A stretch of DNA of 64,000 nt from Planctomycetota bacterium. GTDB lineage: Bacteria > Planctomycetota > MHYJ01 > JACQXL01. The notes beneath the pieces were generated by a model. It saw only the letters and a program-made list of their open reading frames with translations. It ran no database searches and had not been told where the DNA came from. The DNA lies in contig JACRIK010000018.1 in assembly GCA_016235865.1 (NCBI GenBank), positions 66,891 through 130,890 of the forward strand. Direction: 5' to 3'. Below, in pieces: positions 18,522 through 28,409 of this stretch. The translations under genes and the position numbers were made by a program. Numbering within the stretch: position 1 is the stretch's first letter; each line of letters opens with the position of its first letter.

Positions 18522-19271
18522 TTAGGTTTCCTCTTCAAACGGACCTTCGGAATCGCCTTCCACGAACTGCCTGATAAACGGGTCTTGAGATTTTTGGAAA
18601 TATTCCACATCACCGGTCTGGATAATCTTGCCGTGATAGAGCAGGGCAATCCGGTTTGCCACCATAAAGGTGCTTTTCATATCATGGGTTACCACGACCG
18701 AGGTGATATTCAGTTTTTTCCTCAGGCGGATAATCAGGTTGTTGATCACGTTGGACATTATCGGGTCCAGGCCCGTGGTCGGCTCGTCATAGAGGATGAT
18801 TTCCGGGTATCGGACAATGGAACGGGCCAGCGAGACCCGTTTTCGCATGCCGCCGCTTAATTCAGCCGGCATCAGGTTTTCGGCGTTATGCAGACCTACA
18901 ATCTCCAGAACCTCGGTAACCCGCTTATTTATGCCTTCTTCCGGCATCTCCTGGTGTTCCCTTAAGGGCAGTCCGACATTCTCGCCGACCGTGAGTGAAT
19001 TGAGCAATGCGCTGCCCTGGAAGAGGAATCCGAATTTCTTACGCATATTGCTGAGTAGCATTTCATCCGGGTTGGTGATATCCGTGCCGTCAACGGTAAC
19101 TTTGCCTGAATCAGGTTGCATCAATCCGACCATCAGTTTGAGAGTCACGCTTTTACCAGCTCCGCTTCGGCCGATTATCGCAAAGGTCTCGCCTTTGGCT
19201 ATCTTAAAATTTACTCCGTTCAAAACGGTTTTATTGCCCAGGATTTTTTTAACGCCATTAAATTCTATCAT
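18522..19271 (-). CDS. ABC transporter ATP-binding protein, MlaF/Ttg2A-like (no cognate permease adjacent)
   Basis: Walker A GRSGAGKS, signature LSGGMRKRVSLAR, Walker B ILYDEPT. Confidence 0.8.
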   Translation of the reverse strand: MIEFNGVKKILGNKTVLNGVNFKIAKGETFAIIGRSGAGKSVTLKLMVGLMQPDSGKVTVDGTDITNPDEMLLSNMRKKFGFLFQGSALLNSLTVGENVGLPLREHQEMPEEGINKRVTEVLEIVGLHNAENLMPAELSGGMRKRVSLARSIVRYPEIILYDEPTTGLDPIMSNVINNLIIRLRKKLNITSVVVTHDMKSTFMVANRIALLYHGKIIQTGDVEYFQKSQDPFIRQFVEGDSEGPFEEET

Positions 19272-19322
19272 GTGAGTAAAGAGATGACAGATGAAAGATT
19301 AAAGATGATGAGTAAACCGCCT

Positions 19323-19652
19323 TCATTCCTTTTCTTTCATTATCTTATCTTTTTCTTCGATATTCTCCGCCAGAATCGTTATCTTGGTTGTAGAGAATGG
19401 CTTGGATGTTATTTCTATAAAGCCATCCTTGACAGAATAGGTCTTAACGGAGGGTTTGGGTTCGTTCTGTTTGGACGCATCCTCGGTAACAATATTAAAG
19501 GTGGTTTTGCCGGTTCCCAGAGAGCCGGCAAATGATGCATGTCCGCCCAAAACGCCCATGTAGCCGTGATGAGCCGGAAAAATCAGTGACGAAACCTGGC
19601 CCTTGAATACCGTGCTCTCAGGCGTTATAATCTCAAGTTCAAATGGTTTCAT
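19323..19652 (-). CDS. F-type ATPase epsilon-subunit-like protein (orphan)
   Basis: MKPFELEIITPESTVFKGQVSSLIFPAHHGYMGVLGGHASF follows the AtpC N-terminal beta-sandwich pattern. No other atp genes are nearby. Confidence 0.4.
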   Translation of the reverse strand: MKPFELEIITPESTVFKGQVSSLIFPAHHGYMGVLGGHASFAGSLGTGKTTFNIVTEDASKQNEPKPSVKTYSVKDGFIEITSKPFSTTKITILAENIEEKDKIMKEKE

Positions 19653-19701
19653 ATCAGGTTTAGCTTTCTTTTACTTCGGCCCTCTGCGCAAAACAAGCCG
19701 T

Positions 19702-20658
19702 TTATGCCGGACTATTCACGACCAGCTTCTTGCGGAGATGCGTCAGCATTTCCGCCACCATTTTGGGCAAATCGTAATCGTGTTTCCAGCCCCAGTCCTT
19801 ACGGGCATCCGAATCGTCTATGGACATGGGCCATGAATCCGCTATTTTTTGCCGGAAATCAGGAGTGTAGGTGCAGGTAAAGGCGGGAATATGCTTCTTG
19901 ATTTCCGCTGCGATTTCTTTTGGAGAAAAGCTTATGGCCGCCATGTTGTAGCTGGTTCGGACCCTGATTTTCTTGGCGTCAGCTTCCATGATGTCGATAG
20001 TTCCCTTTATGGCGTCGTCCATATACATCATCGGCATGGTTGTATCGTCCCTGAGGTAGCAGGCGTATTTGCCAGCCTTGATGGCGTCATAGAATATCGC
20101 CACGGCGTAGTCAGTGGTGCCGCCGCCCGGTTCGGTTTTCCAGCTGATTAATCCGGGATATCTCAGGCCGCGGACGTCCAGTCCGTATCTGACAAAATAA
20201 TACTGGCACAGCAATTCGCCGGTGACCTTGGTAACGCCGTACATCGTGGTCGGCTCGAGCATAGTGTGTTGGGGCGTATTTGACCGGGGAGTGGTCGGAC
20301 CAAAAACGGCAATTGAGCTGGGCAGCAATACCTTTGCCTTTTGCTCCACGGCCAGGTCGAGGACATTTTTCAGGCTGGTAACGTTGACATCCCAGGCCAG
20401 CTGCGGATTCTTCTCTCCCGTAGCGGAGAGGATAGAAGCCAGGTGGTATATCTGGGTTATTTTATGCTTCTTGAGAATAGAATGCATAACCTCCTTGTCT
20501 TCGGTGCCGCCTTTTTCCAGTATGCCCTTGAAATCAGCCGGGATATTGCGATGTCCTAGAGCGATGATGTTATCAATTCCGTATCTCTTCTGCAATGCTT
20601 CAACAAGTTCTGTCCCGATTTGCCCGAATGCGCCGGTTACCAGGATTTTCTCTGGCAT
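19702..20658 (-). CDS. tdh: L-threonine 3-dehydrogenase (NAD-dependent epimerase/dehydratase-type TDH)
   Basis: ILVTGAFGQIGTELVEAL Rossmann motif. Full-length similarity to the short-chain TDH family. Kbl is encoded at 27130. Confidence 0.75.
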   Translation of the reverse strand: MPEKILVTGAFGQIGTELVEALQKRYGIDNIIALGHRNIPADFKGILEKGGTEDKEVMHSILKKHKITQIYHLASILSATGEKNPQLAWDVNVTSLKNVLDLAVEQKAKVLLPSSIAVFGPTTPRSNTPQHTMLEPTTMYGVTKVTGELLCQYYFVRYGLDVRGLRYPGLISWKTEPGGGTTDYAVAIFYDAIKAGKYACYLRDDTTMPMMYMDDAIKGTIDIMEADAKKIRVRTSYNMAAISFSPKEIAAEIKKHIPAFTCTYTPDFRQKIADSWPMSIDDSDARKDWGWKHDYDLPKMVAEMLTHLRKKLVVNSPA

Positions 20659-21000
20659 AGTCCGCTCCTTCTATAACTATCGGCGGGTTGTGTCAACCCC
20701 GCACATAATAATGGTTAACTATGTTCCCGGTGCGCTCCTCTCTGGGGTGCTCCCGACCATTGCTTATTTCATTCGCAAAGGGCGGCATATATAAACACCG
20801 GTTTATCTGCCTATTATGCGAAATTATTAACATCATTTATGTGCGGGGTCAAGAAAAATGGTGAGATAACCTTACGGTGATTAGTCCTGGGTTTATTTGC
20901 CTGTGTTTTATATATTTTCGTAGCCGCAATCTTTAGGTTGCGTTTTTCTTGCTGATTCCGGATTATATTTTATACTTTCATCAAGCGGAGGGAGTTTGTA

Positions 21001-21887
21001 TGAAAAAAACAGTTATAATATTTCTGCTTGTCCTTTTTGGCGTAATGCTTTATGGGGCTGACAACGGCACACCGGCGCCCGCGAACCCGGCTCCATCCCG
21101 AAGTGATCGGGACTCCACTGTGGTTCCGGAAAACGAGGATATTATCCTGATTAAAAAGGTTTTTAAAAAGATGGAGGAGTCCACGGCTAAAGAAGATGTT
21201 AATGGATATATGGATGTGTTCTCAAAGCGGGTGGAGATCGCCACGCCGGATGGCGCCAAACTTTCGTACAGTGATATAAAAGATTATTTAGTTGAGCTGT
21301 TTGACAGTTATGATTATATCAAGGATGAGCAGACCAAAGAATTGAATATTCGAATTATGGACAATACCGCCGAGGTGGTTAACACCTACCGGATGAGCGG
21401 TATTCCCAGGGGTGAAAAAGAAGTGGTGGTATTTGATGAGGGAACGCTGATGATAACGCTCCAAAAGCTGCCTTCCTTCTCGCCTAAGATACCGCCTGCA
21501 TATCAGGTAATAAACGTTTCATATGTTATTCCCGTGGAGGATGTGGCCCAGTCCGTTTCCCCGGAAGACAAGACAATGTTGTTGCAGAGAATCAAGGAAA
21601 ATTACGGGGTAGACCTGGAGGCCTCAGGCGGATTTGAACAATACCGTTCGTTGCTTCTCCAGGAACTTAAGGCAGAAAGCGAAGCTAATAAAGAGGAATT
21701 AGAGGCGCGGATTACGATACTGAAGAAACGGTTGCAAAAAACGTTTTCAGCCATGGTCAAACAGGACGTTCAGGCGGAGATTCAGGAATCAGAAAAAGCC
21801 TTGCAGCAGGTAGCCACGGAGAACGAGATAATCTCGATTGTGGACAACGAAATCGCCGACCTTAAGGATATATTTTTGAAGAAATGA
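21001..21887 (+). CDS. Secreted hypothetical protein (NTF2-like N-domain plus coiled coil). The ORF track gives start 20949; ATG 21001 has the SD.
   Basis: SD GGAGGGAG. Signal peptide MKKTVIIFLLVLFGVMLYGA. Confidence 0.5.
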
Positions 21888-21893
21888 TGTCGG

Positions 21894-22289
21894 TTATGGA
21901 TGCTCCGATATTTCGATTAAAACACCGGAAGTGTCTTGGGGAGCCAGGAAATTGACCAGATGCCCGCCGGCACCGGTCTTCGGCTCCGGATATAGCGGCT
22001 TATAACCCTTGGCCTCAAGTTGTTTCATCATTTCCCTGATGTTAGCCACGGCAAAGCAGAGGTGATGGATGCCCTCACCGCGCTTGGCCAGGAATTTGCT
22101 GACTGCCTGCTCGCCTTCCAATGGCTCGACTAATTCGATTACCATATTAGCGGTTGGCAGCTTGGCCGTCCGGACCTTCATTACTGGCACCTCCTCTATA
22201 TGAGGTGTCAGTTCCAGCCCATTCTGGTAAAAGGGCAGGGCGGTTTCTATTTTCTTTACGGCAATCCCGATGTGGTCTAGTTTTATCAT
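21894..22289 (-). CDS. Methylmalonyl-CoA epimerase (glyoxalase/VOC family)
   Basis: MIKLDHIGIAVKKIE...HHLCFAV VOC motifs. Adjacent to the mutase. Confidence 0.7.
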   Translation of the reverse strand: MIKLDHIGIAVKKIETALPFYQNGLELTPHIEEVPVMKVRTAKLPTANMVIELVEPLEGEQAVSKFLAKRGEGIHHLCFAVANIREMMKQLEAKGYKPLYPEPKTGAGGHLVNFLAPQDTSGVLIEISEHP

Positions 22290-22349
22290 AAATTATTTCT
22301 TGCCACTAAGGCACGAAGAAGAACTTGGTGCCTTTGTGGCTAATTGTAT

Positions 22350-23900
22350 TTAAAAGATAATTGCTCCCTTATGTTCCCCGAATACCTCGCGTAAGGCGGA
22401 TGAGATTTCGCCTAATGTGGCGTTCTGTTTTATTGACTCCATAATCGCCGGCATAAGGTTATCGCTTGATTGGGCAACTGATTTCAGCGAGACCAGCGCC
22501 TGGTTGACCGCTTTTATATCCCTCTTTCTCTTGTATTGAGTTATTCGCATTACCTGCTTTTTCTGCAAAGCCGGCGTGACCTTGAGGGTTTTTATCCGGT
22601 TTGATTCCTTATCGGTAAACTTGTTCAACCCGACGATAATTTGTTTCCGAGTTTCAATTTTCTTCTGGTATTCATAGGCGGTTCGGGAGATTTCCTGCTG
22701 GTAGAATCCGCTGGCAATAGCTTTGGTTGAGCCGCCCAGCTGGTCAATCTTATCAATATAACTGACTGCTTCTTTCTCCAGTTTATCCGTAATGGTTTCC
22801 AGATAATAAGAGCCGGCCAGCGGGTCAACGACTTTACCGGCCGCGCTTTCATAGGCCAGGAGTTGTTGGGTACGCAGGGCAATCTGGACCGATTTTTCGG
22901 TCGGCAAAGCTAGGGCCTCGTCCCGTGAATTGGTATGTAGGCTTTGGGTGCCGCCCAGCACGGCTGACATCGCCTGAAGTGCCACGCGCGTCACATTATT
23001 GTCCGGTTGTTGGGCGGTCAGGGTGCAGCCGGCCGTTTGGGTGTGGAAGCGCAGCATCATGGCCCGCGGGTCAGTGGCCTGGAATTGTTCCTTCATAATC
23101 CGGGCCCAGAGCCGCCGGGCGGCCCGGAACTTGGCCACCTCTTCAAAGAAATCATTATGGGCATTGAAGAAGAACGAGATGCGCTTGCCGATTTCATTAA
23201 TATCAAGGTTGCGCTTAAGGCAGGCCCGGACATAGGCAATGCCGTTGGCTAAGGTAAATCCGATTTCCTGCCCGGCCGTTGAGCCGGCCTCGCGGATATG
23301 ATAGCCGCTGACGCTGATGAAATTCCACTTGGGCGTGTTCTTCAGGCAGTATTCTATTATATCCACCACCAGGCGCAGGGACGGGTCAGGCGGGAATATG
23401 TAAGCCCCGCGCGCCACATATTCTTTGAGGATGTCATTCTGGACTGTGCCGGCCAGGTCGGTAAATTTCGCCTTCTGCCGTTCGGCCAGCACCAGGTACA
23501 TCCCTAGGATAATCGGGCAGGTGGCGTTGATGGTCATAGAGACGCTGACTTTATCCAGCGGAATCCCGTCAAAGAGTATTGCCATGTCGGCCAGCGAGCT
23601 GATATTAACGCCGGTCTTGCCGATTTCCCCCCGGCTCATCGGATGGTCTGCATCATAGCCCATCTGGGTGGGCAGGTCAAAGGCGATGCTTAAGCCGGTC
23701 TGGCCTTTCCGGAGCAGGAATTTGGAGCGCCGGTTGGTCTCTTCAGCCGTGGCAAATCCGGAATACTGCCGCATGGTCCAGAGCCGTCCGTGATACATCG
23801 TCGGATGCACGCCTCGGGTAAACGGATATTCTCCGGGCAGGCCCAAATTGATGTTGTAATCGAGATTATCAATATCTGACGGGGAATAAAAATGTTTCAT
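22350..23900 (-). CDS. Methylmalonyl-CoA mutase, catalytic (N-terminal TIM-barrel) subunit
   Basis: GEYPFTRGVHPTMY...RQYSGFATAEETN signature. Confidence 0.85.
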   Translation of the reverse strand: MKHFYSPSDIDNLDYNINLGLPGEYPFTRGVHPTMYHGRLWTMRQYSGFATAEETNRRSKFLLRKGQTGLSIAFDLPTQMGYDADHPMSRGEIGKTGVNISSLADMAILFDGIPLDKVSVSMTINATCPIILGMYLVLAERQKAKFTDLAGTVQNDILKEYVARGAYIFPPDPSLRLVVDIIEYCLKNTPKWNFISVSGYHIREAGSTAGQEIGFTLANGIAYVRACLKRNLDINEIGKRISFFFNAHNDFFEEVAKFRAARRLWARIMKEQFQATDPRAMMLRFHTQTAGCTLTAQQPDNNVTRVALQAMSAVLGGTQSLHTNSRDEALALPTEKSVQIALRTQQLLAYESAAGKVVDPLAGSYYLETITDKLEKEAVSYIDKIDQLGGSTKAIASGFYQQEISRTAYEYQKKIETRKQIIVGLNKFTDKESNRIKTLKVTPALQKKQVMRITQYKRKRDIKAVNQALVSLKSVAQSSDNLMPAIMESIKQNATLGEISSALREVFGEHKGAIIF

Positions 23901-24325
23901 TTTGCTAATTTCGGTTTCATGCCCGCCTTATTGCAGGCGTCTATCGCGTCAACCACGCACTGGGTCGGAATTTCCTTTTGGGGTTCTATTAGGACAGATA
24001 TTTCCCTGGTTGAATTACTGATGGTTTCTAATGTCTTGGTAAGTTCATCATAATTTGTCAGGGATATACCGTCAAGTTTTATCGTTGGCATCATCGGATT
24101 GCGGTCATTGTGGGTAAGTGTGATGATGACCTGATTTACACCGGTCAGCGGTTTTGTTATCTCTTTGTTAGCCGGTAGGACGGTTTCAAGTTTGGTTTCA
24201 AGCGACCTGAAATGAAGCGCGCACATCAGGAATATAAGCAACTGGAATATGACGTCTATCATCGGCGTCATTTTGAGTGCCATTAGCTCATTGCCGGAAT
24301 CCTGAATTGCGGGGAATTTAGCCAT
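23897..24325 (-). CDS. exbD: ExbD/TolR-family biopolymer transport protein (orphan; 4-nt overlap with the mutase gene)
   Basis: MTPMIDVIFQLLIFLM TM segment followed by a periplasmic domain. Confidence 0.65.
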   Translation of the reverse strand: MAKFPAIQDSGNELMALKMTPMIDVIFQLLIFLMCALHFRSLETKLETVLPANKEITKPLTGVNQVIITLTHNDRNPMMPTIKLDGISLTNYDELTKTLETISNSTREISVLIEPQKEIPTQCVVDAIDACNKAGMKPKLAK

Positions 24326-24328
24326 AAC

Positions 24329-24526
24329 CTAATGCAAGATTAATCTTGATATCTTATCCACGAATGGCTTGGAAATAATCTGTCCGACCTTTCTGATGTG
24401 TCTCCTTCTCTTGGCGTTCTTGGCGGATAAGAGATGGCTCTTTCCGGGCCTGTGCCTGAGCAGTTTTCCGGTGGCGGTGCGTTTGATTCGCTTGGACACG
24501 GCCTTGCAGGTTTTCATTTTCGGCAT
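24329..24526 (-). CDS. rpmI: 50S ribosomal protein L35
   Basis: MPKMKTCKAVSKRIKRTATGKLLRHRPGKSHLL is a near-canonical L35. Confidence 0.9.
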   Translation of the reverse strand: MPKMKTCKAVSKRIKRTATGKLLRHRPGKSHLLSAKNAKRRRHIRKVGQIISKPFVDKISRLILH

Positions 24527-24597
24527 ATAAACTCTCTTTCTTAAGGCGTTCCTTTTGGAAGCGCCAGATTAGAGCCCGACGAGTATCGGGATATACA

Positions 24598-25137
24598 TTA
24601 TGTATTCGTAGCAACCGGTTTTTCCGACTGCGTATTACTCGGCGCTAAAATCAGGGTTAGACGATGACCTTCCCTGGAGATATTCTTATCTACCTTGGCC
24701 ACACCCTTTAATTCGTCCCTGATACGTTCCATCAACTTAAATCCGATTTCCTTGTGGGCGATTTCCCGGCCCTTGAAGAAGAGATTGAAAAGCACCCGGT
24801 CGCCTTTCTTCAGAAAACCTTTGGCTTGGTTCACCCGCACCATAAGATCGTGTTCTTCGGTTATCGGCCGTAGCCTGAGTTCTTTTAAGCGTCCCTGATG
24901 ATGTTGTTTCTTTGCTTTCTGTTCTTTCTTATGCTCCTCGTATTTATATTTGCTGTAACTCATTATCTTGCAAACCGGTGGCGCGGCATCAGGTGAGACC
25001 TCAACCAGGTCAAATCCTTTTTCCAGCGCCATTTTCAGGGCATCAGCCGTGGGCATAATCCCTAGATGCGTGCCGGTCTCGTCAATTACTCGGATGGTTT
25101 TTATTCTGATCCGGTCGTTTTTTCTTAGGTCTTTAAT
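24598..25137 (-). CDS. infC: Translation initiation factor IF-3, with a non-AUG (ATT) start
   Basis: The frame is open upstream of the first ATG (25056) and encodes IKDLRKNDRIRIKTIRVIDETGTHLGI, the IF-3 N-domain. A TAA lies just upstream. SD AGAGAGG precedes ATT at 25135-25137. Confidence 0.75.
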   Translation of the reverse strand: MKDLRKNDRIRIKTIRVIDETGTHLGIMPTADALKMALEKGFDLVEVSPDAAPPVCKIMSYSKYKYEEHKKEQKAKKQHHQGRLKELRLRPITEEHDLMVRVNQAKGFLKKGDRVLFNLFFKGREIAHKEIGFKLMERIRDELKGVAKVDKNISREGHRLTLILAPSNTQSEKPVATNT

Positions 25138-25224
25138 GATTTCACCTCTCTTTTCTTACCCGCTGTTAACGACAAGGGAGTGTTGCAGCGAGTTAGATCC
25201 CGCCGAAAGGCGGGATTTTCATGA

Positions 25225-26958
25225 TTATTTCTTCTGTTCTATTTCTCCGGTTATTCTTTTGATAAACTCATCCAGTTTCAGGGCGGTTATTTCCCTCTGG
25301 CCCCGTTCGCGCAGCGCCACGGTGTTTTCCTTCTCTTCCTTTTCGCCCACCACCAGGATATAAGGTACCTTCTGGTCCGCCGCGTCCTTGATGCGCTCGG
25401 ACAGCCGCTCATTGCGTAGGTCTATCTTGGCGCGCACTCCGGCCGCCAGCAGTTCCGAATGTATTTTCTTGGCGTATTCGTTTTGCCCTTCCAGCACCGG
25501 GATGACCGTGGTCTGGACCGGGGCCAGCCAGACCGGGAATGCGCCGGCGTAATGTTCAATCAATATCCCGAAAAACCGTTCCAGCGAGCCCATCAGCGCC
25601 CGGTGCAGCATTATCGGCCTCTGCCTGGTCCCGTCCTGGGCGTTGTAATAAAGGTCAAACCGCTCCGGCAGGTTGAAATCCACCTGGAGCGTGAAGCACT
25701 GCCAGTCGCGGCCCAACGAATCCTTGATATCAATATCCGCCTTGGGCCCATAAAAGACCGCCTGGCCCTCGTCCACCGTATAAGGCAGTCCGGTCTGCAC
25801 GATGGCTTCTTTGAGTACGGCCGTGGCCTTGTCCCAGTTTTCAATCGTGCCGACATATTTCTCCGTCGGCCGGGTCGAGAGCCGCATCTTGAAATCGCTG
25901 AACCCGAACGCCCGGAAGATATGCAGGCCGAAATTAATCACGCCCTTGGCTTCTTCCAGCAACTGGTCCATCCGGCAGAACAGGTGCGCGTCGTCCTGGG
26001 TAAACCCGCGCACCCGGAACAGGCCCTGGAGCACGCCGGAGCGCTCGTAGCGGTAAACCGTGCCCAATTCCGCCCAGCGGATGGGTAGGTCGCGGTAACT
26101 GCGCACCTTGGTTTTATAGACCAGGATATGGCCCGGGCAGTTCATCGGTTTCAGGATATACTCCTGGCCGTCGATATCCATCGGGGAATACATATTCTCG
26201 TGGTAAAAATCCCAGTGTCCCGAGGTCTTCCACAGCCCAATCCGGGCGATATGGGGCGCGAAAATCATCTCGTAGCCGTTTCTGAGATGCTCATTGCGCC
26301 AAAAATCCTCCATGGTCTTGCGAATCATCGCGCCCTTGGGATGCCAGAAGACCAGGCCCGGGCCGGCGTCGTCATACTGGATGCTGAACAAATCCAGGTC
26401 CTTGCCCAGACGGCGGTGGTCGCGCTTCTTGACTTCTTCAATGTGTTTTAGATGACCGTCCAGTTCTTCTTTGGTCAGGAATGCCGTGCCGTAGATGCGC
26501 TGGAGCATTTTATTATGTTCGTCGCCGCGCCAGTAAGCGCCGGTGGCTGAAAGCAGTTTGTAATATTTGGCCAGTCCGGTCCGCTCTATGTGCGGCCCGC
26601 GGCACATATCCATGAAATTACCGTGCTTGTAGAAAGTCGCCTTCTCGTCCGGCAGTTCCCGGAGCATCTCCAGTTTATACGGCTCATCCTTGAGGAGCTT
26701 TTCTGCCTCCGGTTTGCTTAATTCCGTCCGCTCGAATTTGCTGTTCTCCTTGGCGATCCGGGCCATCTCTTTTTCTATCGAGGCCAGGTCTTCCGGTAAA
26801 AACGGCTTGGGCGTGTCAAAATCATAATAGAAGCCGTCGTCAATGGCCGGTCCGATGGCCAGTTTAGTGGCCGGGAAAAGCCGTTTGACTGCGTCCGCCA
26901 TTATGTGCGAGATGGAATGTCTCAGGGTATCCAATTCCTGTTTATTCTGAATACTCAT
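25225..26958 (-). CDS. thrS: Threonyl-tRNA synthetase (lacks the N-terminal TGS extension)
   Basis: RHSISHIMADAVKRLFP editing-domain motif. Class II core and anticodon-binding domain. Conserved thrS-infC-rpmI order. Confidence 0.9.
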   Translation of the reverse strand: MSIQNKQELDTLRHSISHIMADAVKRLFPATKLAIGPAIDDGFYYDFDTPKPFLPEDLASIEKEMARIAKENSKFERTELSKPEAEKLLKDEPYKLEMLRELPDEKATFYKHGNFMDMCRGPHIERTGLAKYYKLLSATGAYWRGDEHNKMLQRIYGTAFLTKEELDGHLKHIEEVKKRDHRRLGKDLDLFSIQYDDAGPGLVFWHPKGAMIRKTMEDFWRNEHLRNGYEMIFAPHIARIGLWKTSGHWDFYHENMYSPMDIDGQEYILKPMNCPGHILVYKTKVRSYRDLPIRWAELGTVYRYERSGVLQGLFRVRGFTQDDAHLFCRMDQLLEEAKGVINFGLHIFRAFGFSDFKMRLSTRPTEKYVGTIENWDKATAVLKEAIVQTGLPYTVDEGQAVFYGPKADIDIKDSLGRDWQCFTLQVDFNLPERFDLYYNAQDGTRQRPIMLHRALMGSLERFFGILIEHYAGAFPVWLAPVQTTVIPVLEGQNEYAKKIHSELLAAGVRAKIDLRNERLSERIKDAADQKVPYILVVGEKEEKENTVALRERGQREITALKLDEFIKRITGEIEQKK

Positions 26959-27129
26959 TATGTTCTACAATAACCTCATTTCTTTTCCTACAGTATGGCA
27001 AATTTCCAGCACCTTGTCAAGTTCCTGGTCGGTGAGTGTTGCCATATAACCCCGCTCCGATGTTTATCGGGCGGGATAACTCGCTGTAACGCCCTGGCGC
27101 CTACAGCGCCATGACTAACAGCGAGAAAT

Positions 27130-28311
27130 TTATAGTAACTTCATCTCCTTGCCGACAGATTGACAAACCTCTAATACTTTATCTAATTCTTTATCCGTGT
27201 GGGTGGCCATATAACTGGTGCGAATCAGCGCGCCGTCCGGTGGTACAGCCGGCGAAATTACCGGGTTGCTGAATATGCCTCGCTCAAATAATTGTTTCCA
27301 GAACCCGAAAGTGACCATATCCTCGCCGAGGATTAAAGGCACGATCGGCGTCTGGGTCGGGCCGATATTGAATCCCAGCTTGCGGTATTCCCGATGCATT
27401 TTATGGGTAATCTCCCAGAGCCGCTGGCGGCGCTGGGGCTCGGTTTTCATAATCTTTAGTGTCGCCAGGACCGTGGCTACGGCCGCCGGCGGCATACTGG
27501 CTGAGAATATCAGGGCCCGGGCATGGTGCTTGATGTAACTGATGACTTTTTCCTCGCCGACAATGAATCCGCCCAGCGAGGCGAATGACTTGCTGAAGGT
27601 GCCCATCACCAAATCAACGTCATTTTCCAGATTGAAATGTTCCGCGCAGCCGCGGCCGTGCTCGCCCATCACCCCGATGCCATGCGCGTCGTCCACCATC
27701 AGCCGGCACTTGTATTTCTTCTTGAGTTTGGCTATTTCAGGCAGGTTGGCCAGGTCGCCTTCCATGCTGAATACGCCGTCTACCACAATCAGGGCATTGG
27801 ACGGAGCGGGCAGTTCGGCCAGAATCCGTTCCAGGTCGGCCATATCGTTATGTTTGTATTTGATGGTCTTGCCGAAGGACAGCCGGCAGCCGTCCACGAT
27901 ACTGGCATGGTCGCCCCGGTCAACCAGGACGACATCGTCCTTACCGACCACGGTGGAAATGACGCCCTGGTTGGTCTGGAATCCGGTGGAGAAAATCAGC
28001 GCCGCTTCCTTGCGCATAAACGAAGCCAGTTCCCGCTCTAATTCCTCGTGGATATCGAGTGTCCCGTTCAGGAATCGCGAGCCGGTGCAGCCCGAACCGT
28101 ATTTCTCCACGGCCTTGATGGCCGCTTCCTTGACCCGCTGGTCCTGGGTCAGGCCCAGGTAGTTATTAGAGCCGATCATGATCATCTTCCGGCCGTCAAT
28201 AAACACCTCGGTATCCGCCCCGGACTGGATGGCCTTGAAATAGGGGTAGTAGCCCTGTTCCTTGGCTTCTTTAACGCGGGTATAATTGTAACACTTGGAA
28301 AATATTTCCAT
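27130..28311 (-). CDS. kbl: 2-amino-3-ketobutyrate CoA ligase (glycine C-acetyltransferase)
   Basis: Alpha-oxoamine synthase family. GSNNYLGL, a PLP-lysine region, and full-length Kbl-like similarity. Confidence 0.8.
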   Translation of the reverse strand: MEIFSKCYNYTRVKEAKEQGYYPYFKAIQSGADTEVFIDGRKMIMIGSNNYLGLTQDQRVKEAAIKAVEKYGSGCTGSRFLNGTLDIHEELERELASFMRKEAALIFSTGFQTNQGVISTVVGKDDVVLVDRGDHASIVDGCRLSFGKTIKYKHNDMADLERILAELPAPSNALIVVDGVFSMEGDLANLPEIAKLKKKYKCRLMVDDAHGIGVMGEHGRGCAEHFNLENDVDLVMGTFSKSFASLGGFIVGEEKVISYIKHHARALIFSASMPPAAVATVLATLKIMKTEPQRRQRLWEITHKMHREYRKLGFNIGPTQTPIVPLILGEDMVTFGFWKQLFERGIFSNPVISPAVPPDGALIRTSYMATHTDKELDKVLEVCQSVGKEMKLL

Positions 28312-28363
28312 TGCGGAGGGATTATATAACTGCAGTTATGGAGTGTCAATTAAAATATTATTT

Positions 28364-28409
28364 TAATCTGCGTAATCTGTGTAATCTGTGTAATCTGTGT
28401 AATCTGTGG
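28364..28409. repeat. 5 tandem copies of 9-mer TAATCTG(C/T)G, ending AATCTGTGG. They abut the kinase stop and lie upstream of kbl.
   Basis: Direct reading. The same terminal motif occurs at 40571-40588 and 56484-56511. Confidence 0.8.

Noticed and set aside
20680-20860. Candidate tRNA or ncRNA between tdh and the secreted protein gene
   Set aside because: Only a distant inverted repeat (ccccgcacat / atgtgcgggg) was seen. There is no cloverleaf or conserved T-loop sequence.
26959-27129. Possible T-box leader upstream of thrS
   Set aside because: Two hairpins are present, but I could not identify a specifier loop plus T-box antiterminator consensus. They may simply be the kbl terminator.
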